Positions 1-9,744 of a DNA stretch of 64,000 nucleotides are shown here, one piece after another. The translations under genes and the position numbers were made by a program. The notes under the pieces were generated by a model. That model saw nothing but the letters and a program-made list of their open reading frames with translations. It searched no databases and was not told where the DNA came from. This DNA comes from an uncultured delta proteobacterium (GTDB taxonomy: Bacteria; Desulfobacterota; Binatia; UBA9968), in contig CAVUZH010000019.1 of the NCBI GenBank assembly GCA_963745835.1, forward strand, positions 288,001 through 352,000, read 5' to 3'. Every line of letters begins with the position of its first letter. Position 1 is the stretch's first letter.

Positions 1-105
1 GTAGCCCTCATAGAGCTTGAAGTGCATCTCGAGGGTTTGATCGGAAATCCCTTGAAGCCCGCTTAGTTTGAACTGCTTGGCTTGATACGCCTCATTTGTC
101 GCCAT
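1..105 (-). CDS. Fe/Mn superoxide dismutase family protein, N-terminal 35 aa (runs off window)
   Basis: Own translation MATNEAYQAKQFKLSGLQGISDQTLEMHFKLYEGY matches the SOD N-terminal IS..T...H...Y.GY motif; GGAGG RBS upstream. Confidence 0.8.
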   Translation of the reverse strand, partial: MATNEAYQAKQFKLSGLQGISDQTLEMHFKLYEGY

Positions 106-198
106 CTATAATCCTCCTTTGTCTTAAAATTCTTGACCGTATAGCGTGAAGTTGACCCGGCAGTCAGTGAAAGCTGATGCAAATGCTAAGAACCTGGG

Positions 199-867
199 CT
201 AGACTGACTCAGCTTGCAGAAATGCTCTTAACATCCAGGCCATTTTTTCGTGCTGTTCCATCAAGCCTGTAAGAAAATCGTTGGTGCCCATGTCATGATA
301 TTTGTTGGCGCAGGTCTCCAGATCGCTGCGCAATTGCCGGATGACTGCCTCATGGTCGTCTACAAGGTTGGCGATCATCTCGCGCGCCCTGGGATAGTGG
401 CCCGGGTGTTCCTTGAGCCTGGCGTGCTGGGAGAATTCGCTCATGGTGCCGAATGCCCATCCGTCAAGAGTGCGCCCGCGTTCCGCAACCTGATCGACGA
501 TTTCACTGAGCTGGGTATATTGCTCCTCGAAAAACTTGTGCAGATCGTTGAACTGCGGTCCGGTGACGTTCCAATGGTAGTTTCGTGTTTTAGTGTAGAG
601 AAGATACTCATCAGACAACACGGTGTTCAGGATCTTCACAACACCGGCACGTTGTTCCTCCGAAAGGTCGATATTTGTTTTCATAATAAACTCCTCCTTG
701 TCGTGTATTTTTGACGTTTGCGTGACTGCGGCGCCGGCAGTTTCTTCTTGCTGGTTACGATCGCGGCCAAGTGTCCATGACGGCGGATCGCTTGCGGGAA
801 AGCTGTCCGCCAAAGTCGCGTCGATCATCTCTTCAGAGAGCTGATCTGGTCTACTTGTGGGTGGCAT
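199..867 (-). CDS. dps: DNA starvation/stationary phase protection protein Dps; long form carries an N-terminal SFPASDPPSW segment, core starts at ATG 684
   Basis: HWNVTGPQFNDLHKFFEEQY, DQVAER and HEKMAWML Dps signature motifs. Confidence 0.93.
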   Translation of the reverse strand: MPPTSRPDQLSEEMIDATLADSFPASDPPSWTLGRDRNQQEETAGAAVTQTSKIHDKEEFIMKTNIDLSEEQRAGVVKILNTVLSDEYLLYTKTRNYHWNVTGPQFNDLHKFFEEQYTQLSEIVDQVAERGRTLDGWAFGTMSEFSQHARLKEHPGHYPRAREMIANLVDDHEAVIRQLRSDLETCANKYHDMGTNDFLTGLMEQHEKMAWMLRAFLQAESV

Positions 868-900
868 GGTTTTCTCCTTTTAGTCTAACCGACAGCTTAG

Positions 901-1245
901 CTATTCATAGATGGGTCCAAAGGTTTGAGCTCGCCGAGAAGCGTCGGAATTAATTCTGTGATCGTAGGATGGATGTGCATGGGGCGCTGGATGACCGTAT
1001 AGGGGCGCTTTGGGATACATCACGTCGAGAATCGAATGAATCACCTCATCGCATTCGATGCCCATTAACGATGCGCCGAGAATTTCTTTGGTGTCTGCGT
1101 CCACCAGGATTTTCAAGAATCCTTGGGTCTCGCCTTTCTCCACCGCGCGGCCAACCCGAGTCATCGGCCGTGTCGCCATCAACGCTTTTCGCCCCGCTTT
1201 GCGCACTGCCGATTCCGTCATCCCGCCCCGCCCTAGCGAATGCAA
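901..1245 (-). pseudogene. C-terminal dimerisation-domain fragment of a pyridine nucleotide-disulfide oxidoreductase (mercuric reductase-like), frameshifted
   Basis: GRGGMTE..RVGRAVEKGETQGFLKILVDADTKEILGA; after an extra C near 1003 the other frame reads YTVIQRPMHIHPTITELIPTLLGELKPL; no N-terminal FAD/NAD domains. Confidence 0.8.
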
Positions 1246-1470
1246 AGACGCTAAGGGTAAAACAAATATCCCAACTTCGCGTCTTGGTCACTTGGCGCGA
1301 GTAAATCCTCTTTCACATTAGCGATGGTCGTCGGAAAATTTGCGCGAAGCTGCAATACTTTCAACAAACTAGTAGGAAGCTCGCGAATATTCTGTAAGTA
1401 ATTTGCTTTAACTTATAAACTTCGTGTCCTTCGCGTGAAGTTTCGAAACTGCCGTCGTCGCAACATTCGG

Positions 1471-1865
1471 CTATTCAGTCGTCTTGCCGTCAAAATGTTC
1501 CTCGTGCGCCAGCGCATCAGCTTTGGTTTTATGGATGGTTCCGTCGCGATGCTCAGGCGGAGAATAAACCGTATAGAGCTTTAGTTCGTCTCGATCTGAA
1601 ACATTGATGACGTTGTGTTTTGTGCCCGCCGGGATAACCACAGCCGTCCCATCAGAAATCTGATGCCCCACTCCGTCCAACACCGCAACACCGCTGCCGG
1701 CTTCGACCCGGATGAACTGATCCAGCGTATGAGTTTCCTCGCCAATCTCCTCCTTTGGCCGAAGGCTCATTAATACCAGCTGTGAATTTTTCCCGTATAT
1801 AAGACTCGCCTAAAATCTTTGCTTTCCAGCGTATCGTCTTCAATGTTTGTCACGTAACCTTTCAT
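1471..1865 (-). CDS. Cupin domain protein (mannose-6-phosphate isomerase-like); one-base frameshift near 1790
   Basis: ATG at 1865 with GGAGG RBS gives MKGYVTNIEDDTLESKDFRRVLYTGK; one A short in an A5 run; continues NSQLVLMSLRPKEEIGEETH...IPAGTKHNVIN...LYTVYSPPEH. Confidence 0.8.
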
Positions 1866-2083
1866 AATTTCGCCCTCCTTCCTGAGCCTATACCTATAAA
1901 AGGATCGATCAAGGCAGGTTGCGAACGTTTCCGTGTTAGAAGCACCGTCTCAACACTGCCTTTGATCCGAGGCTGGTGGTTGTTGCACCGGTAAGGAGAT
2001 GTCTCAACCAGACTAACCGGCGTACGTGATCGGAATCGGCTAAGTCCCAGGGCGCTCGGATTGGCGTGCCGCGATTCCCGTAC

Positions 2084-3043
2084 CTAGGCCGTGGTGAAGT
2101 TCAATTCCGGCCCGATCGGAACAATGCCGGTGGGGTTAATCGACTTGTGACTGGTGTAATAGTGCCTGCGAATGTGATCGAAGTTCACCGTCCCGGCGAT
2201 CTTGGGCAGTTGGAACAGATCCCCGGCGTAACGCGATAGATGCTGATAATCCACGAGGCGGCGCAGATTGCATTTGAAGTGACCGACATAAACGGCATCG
2301 AAACGGATTAACGTCGTGAAGAGACGCCAGTCGGTTTCGACGGGCCGATCGCCAAACAGGTAGCGGCAGCCTGCCAGGCGCTCCTCGAGCTCGTCGAGCA
2401 TGGCAAAGACGTTGAACGCCGCTTCCTCGTAGGCTTCCTGAGTCGTCGCAAACCCGGCCTGATAAACGCCATTGTTAACTGCGCGATAAATGCGCTCGTT
2501 GAGCGCATCGATGTCGCTCCGTAATTGAACCGGATAATAATCTCCGGGCTGCGCGCCGACGCTGTCGAAAGCGTCATTTAACATGCGCATGATATCGGCG
2601 GATTCGTTGCTGACGATGCCGCCCTGCGCCTTGTCCCAGAGCACCGGTGTGGTGGCACGACCGGATGCTTTCGGATCGTCGGCGAGATAGATCTCGTATA
2701 GATACTTCGCATTGTGAATCGGATCGGGAATCACGCCCGGAGCGGGATCGAACGTCCAGCCATTCTCGCCCATATGCCAGTGCGTCACCGACAGCGAGAT
2801 CGCGTCCTCCAATCCTTTCAGCGCGCGCATGATCAAGGTGCGATGCGCCCACGGACAAGCGAACGAGACATAGAGATGATAGCGGCCGGGCTCGGCCCTG
2901 AAGCCGCCTTCCCCTGTTGGCCCCGGAGCGCCGTCGGGCGTGATCCAGTTGCGGTAGCGCGATTCCCAACGAACAAATCGTCCACCGGTGCTCTGGGTGT
3001 CATACCACTGGTCTTTCCACACTCCCTCGACCAGCACGCCCAT
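2084..3043 (-). CDS. yqjG: Glutathionyl-hydroquinone reductase (Xi-class GST, YqjG/ECM4-like)
   Basis: RYHLYVSFACPWAHR, VSNESADI, NNGVYQAGFATTQEAY, RFDAVYVGHFKCN, INPTGIVP. Confidence 0.92.
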   Translation of the reverse strand: MGVLVEGVWKDQWYDTQSTGGRFVRWESRYRNWITPDGAPGPTGEGGFRAEPGRYHLYVSFACPWAHRTLIMRALKGLEDAISLSVTHWHMGENGWTFDPAPGVIPDPIHNAKYLYEIYLADDPKASGRATTPVLWDKAQGGIVSNESADIMRMLNDAFDSVGAQPGDYYPVQLRSDIDALNERIYRAVNNGVYQAGFATTQEAYEEAAFNVFAMLDELEERLAGCRYLFGDRPVETDWRLFTTLIRFDAVYVGHFKCNLRRLVDYQHLSRYAGDLFQLPKIAGTVNFDHIRRHYYTSHKSINPTGIVPIGPELNFTTA

Positions 3044-3674
3044 AAAGCTATCTCCTTGTTGAGTGCGAACGCGACCGCCTTACTCAGCCGCGCTTCTCGC
3101 CGTAAAGGTCAGCCGCGAATGGCCGGCTTCGGACTGACCGCTCGTATAAGTACTTGCCGGCGCTTTCCGCCCGATGTCGTTGCCCGGCAGGGGCGTCAGC
3201 GATTTGGCTTGCCCAAGGTCGATGCCGGCTCCTTCGGCGACACGCCGGCGATTATCTTTGTCACCATGCGGCTGCAAACAATAGCCCCGCGACAGAAAAC
3301 GGCAGATCAATGCCGTGGCAACATCAAAAGACCGGTGTTGGAAACGATCCTCAGGATCTCAGGACCGCGTCCTATGGTCACCTAAGCAATACTCCGGCGG
3401 TGAATCAATAAGTTCTGGAAGTAATAAGACGCAGCATCCGGCGCGCGATCCATGCGAAAAGTTTACGGCCTTAATGCATACGCATCTACGACGGGCGCGG
3501 TTACAGTTATCATCTTAAATCCCATTGTTGTTTGCCGATCAGGCGATTCATAGCGCCAGCACAACCGCTCCTTAGCCAGGGGGAAAATACCAAAACCGGC
3601 GGTCTGCACCACCGAAACACAGCTTGAGAAGCTGGCTAGATTATATTTTTCCGCGGTGGTAAAGATGGAGCAAC

Positions 3675-4568
3675 GTGATCGCCAATGGGCAGAAAAAATA
3701 CTTTGATCCGAAGGTTCTGGCCGGGATTTCCAATCTCTCACTGCGGGCGCGATGGGTGGTGGAAGGTATTATGTCCGGCATTCACCGCAGCCGCTCCAAA
3801 GGGTTCAGCGTAGAGTTCGAAGAGCATCGCGAATATTCTCCGGGCGACGAGATTCGGCGCATCGATTGGAAGGCGCTGGGAAAATTCGACCGCTATTTCA
3901 TCAAGGAATACGAAGACGAAACCAACCTGCGGGCCTATCTTCTACTCGATACCAGCGCCTCGATGGATTATTCGTCCGATGGCATCACCAAATTCGATTA
4001 CGGTTGCACCCTCACCGCTTCGCTCGCTTATCTTATCCTGCGCCAGCAAGATGCCGCCGGTCTGGTGACCTTTTCAAACCGCATCGAAAACGTCATACCG
4101 CCGCGGGCCAAGCGCGATTACCTGACCCAAATCGTTCACGCGCTTGAAAACCAACGGCCCGGCGGCGAAACCAACGTCGGCAGAATTCTCGAGGAGATCG
4201 CCGGCCAAATCAAACGGCGCGGCATCGTAGTTCTTGTCTCTGATCTGCTGGACGAACCGGCGCAGATCCTCAAAGGCTTGCGCTTGTTCCGCTTCAAAGG
4301 CAACGACGTCATCGTCTTTCATATTCTCGACCAAGCCGAGCTCGATCTGCCGTTTGAAGGCAACATTTTGTTCGAGGACCTGGAAGCCGCTAATCTCAAC
4401 GTGATCGCCGATCCGCGGGCGATTCGCCAAACCTACCGGCAAGTCGTCGAAGAGTTCACCGAACAGATGCGCAAGGAGTGCCACGATAGCTCCATCGACT
4501 ATCAACTCATCTCTACATCGACCCCATTAGACCGAGCGCTGGCCAGTTACTTGAGCTGGAGGGAATGA
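3675..4568 (+). CDS. DUF58 domain-containing protein (MoxR-associated)
   Basis: GIHRSRSKGFSVEFEEHREYSPGDEIRRIDWK...IKEYEDETN, LLDTSASM. Confidence 0.92.
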   Translation: MIANGQKKYFDPKVLAGISNLSLRARWVVEGIMSGIHRSRSKGFSVEFEEHREYSPGDEIRRIDWKALGKFDRYFIKEYEDETNLRAYLLLDTSASMDYSSDGITKFDYGCTLTASLAYLILRQQDAAGLVTFSNRIENVIPPRAKRDYLTQIVHALENQRPGGETNVGRILEEIAGQIKRRGIVVLVSDLLDEPAQILKGLRLFRFKGNDVIVFHILDQAELDLPFEGNILFEDLEAANLNVIADPRAIRQTYRQVVEEFTEQMRKECHDSSIDYQLISTSTPLDRALASYLSWRE

Positions 4569-4575
4569 GCTGCCG

Positions 4576-6669
4576 ATGTCGGTCTTTTTTCTCTACCCCA
4601 TCTTCCTTTTTGGTCTGATCGCAGCCTCCTTACCGCTGCTGATTCATTTGCTGAACCGCCGCAAGCTAAACCGCATCCGCTTTCCCGCGGTGCGTTTTAT
4701 CCTGATGTCGCAAAAGCGTATCTCGCGCAGTTACCGGCTGCGTCATTGGATCCTGCTGGCGCTAAGAACCATGGCCGTGGTGCTCTTGGCTTTGCTGCTT
4801 GCCAATCCGATTTTCCAGACAGGCGCCGGCTTGTTCGCCGGCGGCGGCCCGGTTTCGTTGGTGATCTTGTTGGATAATTCGTTGAGCATGACGTGGAGCG
4901 GCGACGGCATAGGATTCAAGCAAGCCAAGGAAGCGGCGCGGCTATTGATCACCTCCCTTGGCGACAGCGACCGCGCCGCAATCATTCCCACCAGCATTTC
5001 CGGTAAAGAACCGATCCGTCTCAAGCTCGAAAAAGATGTTCTGCTAAAGGAGCTCGATCAAATAGAAATTGCCGAGGGCACCGCCGATTATTCGACCGCT
5101 CTCGGCAAGGCTTATGAGATCTTGGGCGAACCCGCCGGGCAAAAGGAAATTCGCCTGATCAGCGATCTCGGCCTCACCGGCTGGGACAATTTTTCGATGT
5201 CTTCACTGAAGCAGGTTGATCCGGCGATCCCAGTCAAGGCGATCCGCGTCGGCAGGAAACAGAAACCGCTGAACGTAGCCGTGAAAGAGATCCGTGCCAC
5301 CGGACAGGGCATCGGTGTCGATTTGCCGCTGCACCTCGAAGCCATCGTGGCAAACTTCAGTGATCAGGAAATCAAGGATCTGCTCGTGCAACTGAGCATA
5401 GACGGACAAAACAAAGACCAAAAACTCACGTCGGTTCCCCCCAGAGGGGATGCCACGGTTACCTTGCAAACTCGATTGTCCCAAGCGGGATCGCATGCAG
5501 GACAATTAACCATCAAAAGAGACGGGCTGGCCGGCAATGCTTCGCTGCATTTTGGCGTGCACGCTCAGGATCAACTAAGGATCCTGGTCGTCGACGGCGA
5601 TCCGCAGACATCATTGGTCCAGAGCGAAACGTTTTTTCTGACCCGCGCGCTCAACCCCGCCGGCGAGAGCGATTCGTCACAGTACTTGCCCACCGTGATC
5701 ATTCCTGAAGGCTTGAGCGGGGCCGCCTTGGACGCCTATCAGGTAATTGTCTTGTGCAACGTCGCCGCCTTACCCGATGCCTTTATCGCCAAACTGCAGA
5801 ATTATCTGCGCGGCGGGGGCGGTCTGTTGATTTTCGGCGGCGACAGGCTGCAAGCCGATAACTATAATGCCAAGCTGGCGCAGATCGTCGGGACTCCCAT
5901 CCGCGACAAGAAGCAGGGTCTGGAAGCTAGCGGTGAAAAAATCGGCAAGCTGGAATTAACCCATCCGGCGCTGCAAAGTCTTTCAGACAACCTTTTGCAG
6001 GAGTCAATCAAGTCGGCGCGGGTCTGGGGATATTCTCGAGTCTCAGCGTCCGGCAAAACCGTGTTGATGTCGCTGGCAAACGGCGATCCGCTCCTGATCG
6101 AACACAAAGTCGGCTCCGGCCGGGTTATGTTCATCACCACCACGGCGGACCGGGACTGGAGCGACCTGCCGGTCAAAACCGCCTATCTGCCGATGATCCA
6201 TTCGCTGACAAACTACCTCGCCGGCGGCAAACGCGGCCTCCTCGATGGTGGAATCAGCGTCGGTGATGTCAAAGAGATCTCCTTGCCTCCCGGTTATGTC
6301 GGCAAAACGATTCGCATCACCAAGCCCAACAAGCAACCGGCCGAAGTTGTAATGAGCGCGGCGCAAGATCGCGCCTCCGGTTCTTTTGAAGACAACGATG
6401 TTTCGGGCATCTACCAGCTAGCTCTAACGGGCGGCAATCAGGAAAGCGGCACGCCGCGGTTGTACGCGGTCAACCCGCCGTTTCTCGAGTCCCGCCTGGA
6501 GGAGATCACCGAGCGTGAACTGCAAGCCAAGCTCAGCCCGGTTCGGGCCGACGTGGTTCCCATCGAAACCCTGCGACAGGGCGGAACCCGGAGAGACCTT
6601 GCATTGCCATTACTCGGGCTCTTGCTCGCGACCCTTTTATTGGAAGGCTGGTTCGCTCAACGCATTTAG
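4576..6669 (+). CDS. BatA N-terminal + vWA domain membrane protein
   Basis: PLLIHLLNRR..FPAVRF BatA motif; MIDAS DNSLSM; C-terminal TM ending LLLEGW. Confidence 0.88.
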   Translation: MSVFFLYPIFLFGLIAASLPLLIHLLNRRKLNRIRFPAVRFILMSQKRISRSYRLRHWILLALRTMAVVLLALLLANPIFQTGAGLFAGGGPVSLVILLDNSLSMTWSGDGIGFKQAKEAARLLITSLGDSDRAAIIPTSISGKEPIRLKLEKDVLLKELDQIEIAEGTADYSTALGKAYEILGEPAGQKEIRLISDLGLTGWDNFSMSSLKQVDPAIPVKAIRVGRKQKPLNVAVKEIRATGQGIGVDLPLHLEAIVANFSDQEIKDLLVQLSIDGQNKDQKLTSVPPRGDATVTLQTRLSQAGSHAGQLTIKRDGLAGNASLHFGVHAQDQLRILVVDGDPQTSLVQSETFFLTRALNPAGESDSSQYLPTVIIPEGLSGAALDAYQVIVLCNVAALPDAFIAKLQNYLRGGGGLLIFGGDRLQADNYNAKLAQIVGTPIRDKKQGLEASGEKIGKLELTHPALQSLSDNLLQESIKSARVWGYSRVSASGKTVLMSLANGDPLLIEHKVGSGRVMFITTTADRDWSDLPVKTAYLPMIHSLTNYLAGGKRGLLDGGISVGDVKEISLPPGYVGKTIRITKPNKQPAEVVMSAAQDRASGSFEDNDVSGIYQLALTGGNQESGTPRLYAVNPPFLESRLEEITERELQAKLSPVRADVVPIETLRQGGTRRDLALPLLGLLLATLLLEGWFAQRI

Positions 6670-6700
6670 TTTTCTTCTTGCTGCGGAGAATCGATTGCAT

Positions 6701-7471
6701 ATGCACCGGCGAGATTTTCTTTTCATCCTTTCTAAAACCCTGGTAACTGCCGGGCTGTTGCCGGCGGTCGCCAGCGCCAGCCATCCGAAAGGGAAAACCC
6801 CGACGCAATTCGTTTTTGCCCAGATCAAATACCGCGGCGGCGACTGGAACCCGCATCCGCTATCGGTTACTCCGTTGATGGAAGAGCTGATGCAGCGCAC
6901 CAGCGTAGAAGCAGCCGGCGCCAGGCACGAAGTCAATCTTACCGACCAGGATCTTTTTAATTATCCGTTTCTCTACATCACCGGCAGATACGAATTCGAG
7001 CCGTTTACTGCTGAGGAGATCGAGACCCTGCGGTTATTTCTTTCATTCGGCGGTTTTCTCTTGATCGATGACGGCTTGGGTCAACAGGGTTACGGCTTTG
7101 ACAAATCCATAAGGCGGGAGATGCAGCGAGTTTTTCCAGGCAACGAGTTCAAACGGCTCCCCAATGGGCACGCGGCGCTGAGGAGCTACTATCTGCTGCG
7201 CCGCATCGGCGGGGTTAGAATCGTCAGCCCCACTCTCGACGGATTGACAGTCGGCAGTTCCACTCCCGTGGTCTATTGTCAGAACAACCTGGCCGGCGCC
7301 TGGGAACGCGATCAGTTGGGTAAATGGACCAACGCGTGCACCCCGGGCGGAGAGGAACAGCGTCGTGACGCGTTTCACCTCGGCATCAATCTGATCCTCT
7401 ACGCCATGACTGAGAATTACAAAGAAGATTTGATTCACGTCCCGTTTATCCGAAAGCGGCTGACGCGCTGA
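6701..7471 (+). CDS. DUF4159 domain-containing protein with Tat-like signal
   Basis: Start re-assigned to MHRRDFL (GGAGA RBS); YPFLYITG, GGFLLIDD, GINLILYAMT..YKED..H. Confidence 0.85.
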   Translation: MHRRDFLFILSKTLVTAGLLPAVASASHPKGKTPTQFVFAQIKYRGGDWNPHPLSVTPLMEELMQRTSVEAAGARHEVNLTDQDLFNYPFLYITGRYEFEPFTAEEIETLRLFLSFGGFLLIDDGLGQQGYGFDKSIRREMQRVFPGNEFKRLPNGHAALRSYYLLRRIGGVRIVSPTLDGLTVGSSTPVVYCQNNLAGAWERDQLGKWTNACTPGGEEQRRDAFHLGINLILYAMTENYKEDLIHVPFIRKRLTR

Positions 7472-7473
7472 CG

Positions 7474-9729
7474 ATGAAGGATCTCTATCTCATAAGCAGT
7501 GTACCGTGGTGGCTGGTTGCGCTGGTTGTTGCCGCCAGCATCGCTTTACTGGTCCAGCAGTTTCTCAGCTTGCGACGGCGCCTGAGCATCGGACAGAGCA
7601 TTTTTTTGGTCTCTCTGCGCGCCTGTGTTTATGGTCTGCTGATTTTCTTTCTTTTGAGCCCGGCGTTGGTGGAGAAGCAGGTCAGGCAACTGCGGCGACC
7701 GCTCACATTACTGATTGACGATTCTCAGAGCATGACATTTCCCGCCAACCCACGAGGCGCTCCGGAAAAGGCGCCGACCCGTCTCGATCTGGTCAAACAA
7801 AAATTGACCGAGGGAGAAGAACCTCTCATTCAGAAACTTAGCCGCGATTATGATTTAAAAATTTACCGGTTCGGCACGAGCCTGGAACCGATTGCACCGG
7901 AATCGGTGCCGCAGCTCAAAGCGCAAGACCAGGGGACCCAGTTGTTGGAACTGCTGCAAACCGCCGCCAAGGAAGCCGGTCCGCAGTCGGGAATTGTCAT
8001 CTTCAGCGACGGTATCGCCAATGGCGATAGGCAAAGCTTGGAAGGAAGCAGCGCGTTGCCGGTGCCGGTGTTTACCGTCGGTGCCGGCGACACCGACGGC
8101 TTCACCGACGTGCGCGTGACCGACCTCCGAACTCCTGAGTTCGCGTTTCGCGGGCGTGAATTCAAGTTCGACCTCACCGTGCGCGCATCCGGGATGAAAG
8201 GTAAGACCGTACCGCTTTATTTCAATCGCGGCAGCGGACTGATCACCAGCCGCACAGTCAGCATCGATGACGACGATTTCACGCGGAAGATCACATTGAA
8301 CTTCACTCCCAAGGATATCGGCCCGCATCATTTTTCATTGAACATCCCGGCCCAGCCCGGCGAGCAAATCAGCCAGAACAATCATAAGGACTTCAAGGTC
8401 GATGTTCAGCGCGACAAGATTCGCGTCCTCACTTTATCCGGCTCGCCGGCCTGGAACTATCGTTTTCTGCGTATGGCGATGAAGCAGGACCCGCTGATTG
8501 AACTGGTGTCCTTTGTCTTTTTGCGCACACCGACGGATAGCGTCGATGTGCCTGACTCGCGGCTGAGCTTGATCCCTTTTCCCATCGACGACATATTTCT
8601 CGAAGAACTGAAGAACTTCGACGTGGTTTTTTTCGACGACTTCTCTCATCGCGCTTATTTCAATCCTGTCTACCTGGATAAAGTAAAAGACTTCGTGCGC
8701 GACGGCGGCGGCCTGGCGATGCTCGGCGGCGTGCGCTCGTTCGATAGCGGCGGTTACGGCGAAAGCGCGCTCAAGGAAGTGCTCCCCGTCGAAATGGACG
8801 GCAAGGGACCCTATCGCAATGATAGCAGCGTGCCGCCGGCGTTAACCGCTTCGGGAAAAGCCCATCCGATTACGCGCCTGTTCCCCGATCCACGCGCTAA
8901 TGAAAGCGCATGGGCCAAGATACCGCCGCTTACCTCGATCAACCAGGTGCGCGCCGCGCGCGGTCAAGCCCTGCTGGTTGCCGGTGGCGAAAGCGCGGCT
9001 AAAGGAGCGCCCTTGCTGACGGTCGGCCGCTTCGGCAAAGGGCGCACCTTAGCGCTGATGAGCGATGACGTGTGGCGCTGGAACTTCATCGCGGTCGGCA
9101 ATCGAGAGTCGCCGCAGAATCATCTCAAGCTGATTCGCCAGTCTGTCCGTTGGCTGGCTCAAGAACCTTCCTTCGAGCAGGTAAAGATACAACCTATTCC
9201 GTTGGCTCGGCCGGGAGAAAAACTAGCTATCAAGCTGCGCGTCTTGAAGGATGATTTCACCCCGACCCGCCAGGCAGCGGTGCAGGTGCGCGTGTTCGGA
9301 CCTGATGGCGAGCCCAGCTTGATCACAGCCAAAGCTGACAGCGCCGAAGGCGAATATACCGGCGAATACACCCCTACAAGAGAAGGCTCTTACCGGGTTG
9401 AAGCAGAGGCTAACCTCGGCGGCAACCCTCTCGGAAAAGACCGCTCGAGCTTCTCCGCAGCGTTTCCCTACGGTGAAACCGACGATGGCAGGCCACGGAC
9501 CGAGCTCCTCCAGGCGATCGCCGAATCTAGTCAGGGATTTTACTTTCCGATTGCTGATTGGAATGAAAAGGCTCTCGAGCAAATAGCGGCAAAGCTCGAG
9601 CAGCACGCGCCATCGCAAATTGTTGAGCGCCGCCAGACGCAGCTTTGGAGTACGCTGTGGACTTTTTTACCGATCCTGCTGCTGCTTTGCGTCGAATGGT
9701 GGATGCGACGAAAATGGGGTCTGCTATAG
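7474..9729 (+). CDS. vWA + class I glutamine amidotransferase-like membrane protein
   Basis: N-terminal TMs, DDSQSM MIDAS, FVRDGGGLAMLGG..SF..GGY, GRFGKGR..WRW, C-terminal EWWMRRKWGLL. Confidence 0.85.
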   Translation: MKDLYLISSVPWWLVALVVAASIALLVQQFLSLRRRLSIGQSIFLVSLRACVYGLLIFFLLSPALVEKQVRQLRRPLTLLIDDSQSMTFPANPRGAPEKAPTRLDLVKQKLTEGEEPLIQKLSRDYDLKIYRFGTSLEPIAPESVPQLKAQDQGTQLLELLQTAAKEAGPQSGIVIFSDGIANGDRQSLEGSSALPVPVFTVGAGDTDGFTDVRVTDLRTPEFAFRGREFKFDLTVRASGMKGKTVPLYFNRGSGLITSRTVSIDDDDFTRKITLNFTPKDIGPHHFSLNIPAQPGEQISQNNHKDFKVDVQRDKIRVLTLSGSPAWNYRFLRMAMKQDPLIELVSFVFLRTPTDSVDVPDSRLSLIPFPIDDIFLEELKNFDVVFFDDFSHRAYFNPVYLDKVKDFVRDGGGLAMLGGVRSFDSGGYGESALKEVLPVEMDGKGPYRNDSSVPPALTASGKAHPITRLFPDPRANESAWAKIPPLTSINQVRAARGQALLVAGGESAAKGAPLLTVGRFGKGRTLALMSDDVWRWNFIAVGNRESPQNHLKLIRQSVRWLAQEPSFEQVKIQPIPLARPGEKLAIKLRVLKDDFTPTRQAAVQVRVFGPDGEPSLITAKADSAEGEYTGEYTPTREGSYRVEAEANLGGNPLGKDRSSFSAAFPYGETDDGRPRTELLQAIAESSQGFYFPIADWNEKALEQIAAKLEQHAPSQIVERRQTQLWSTLWTFLPILLLLCVEWWMRRKWGLL

Positions 9730-9744
9730 GCTCATAGCTGCGCA

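Noticed and set aside
3060-3670. Short ORFs or ncRNA in the yqjG-DUF58 gap
   Set aside because: No recognisable protein motif, RBS or RNA family
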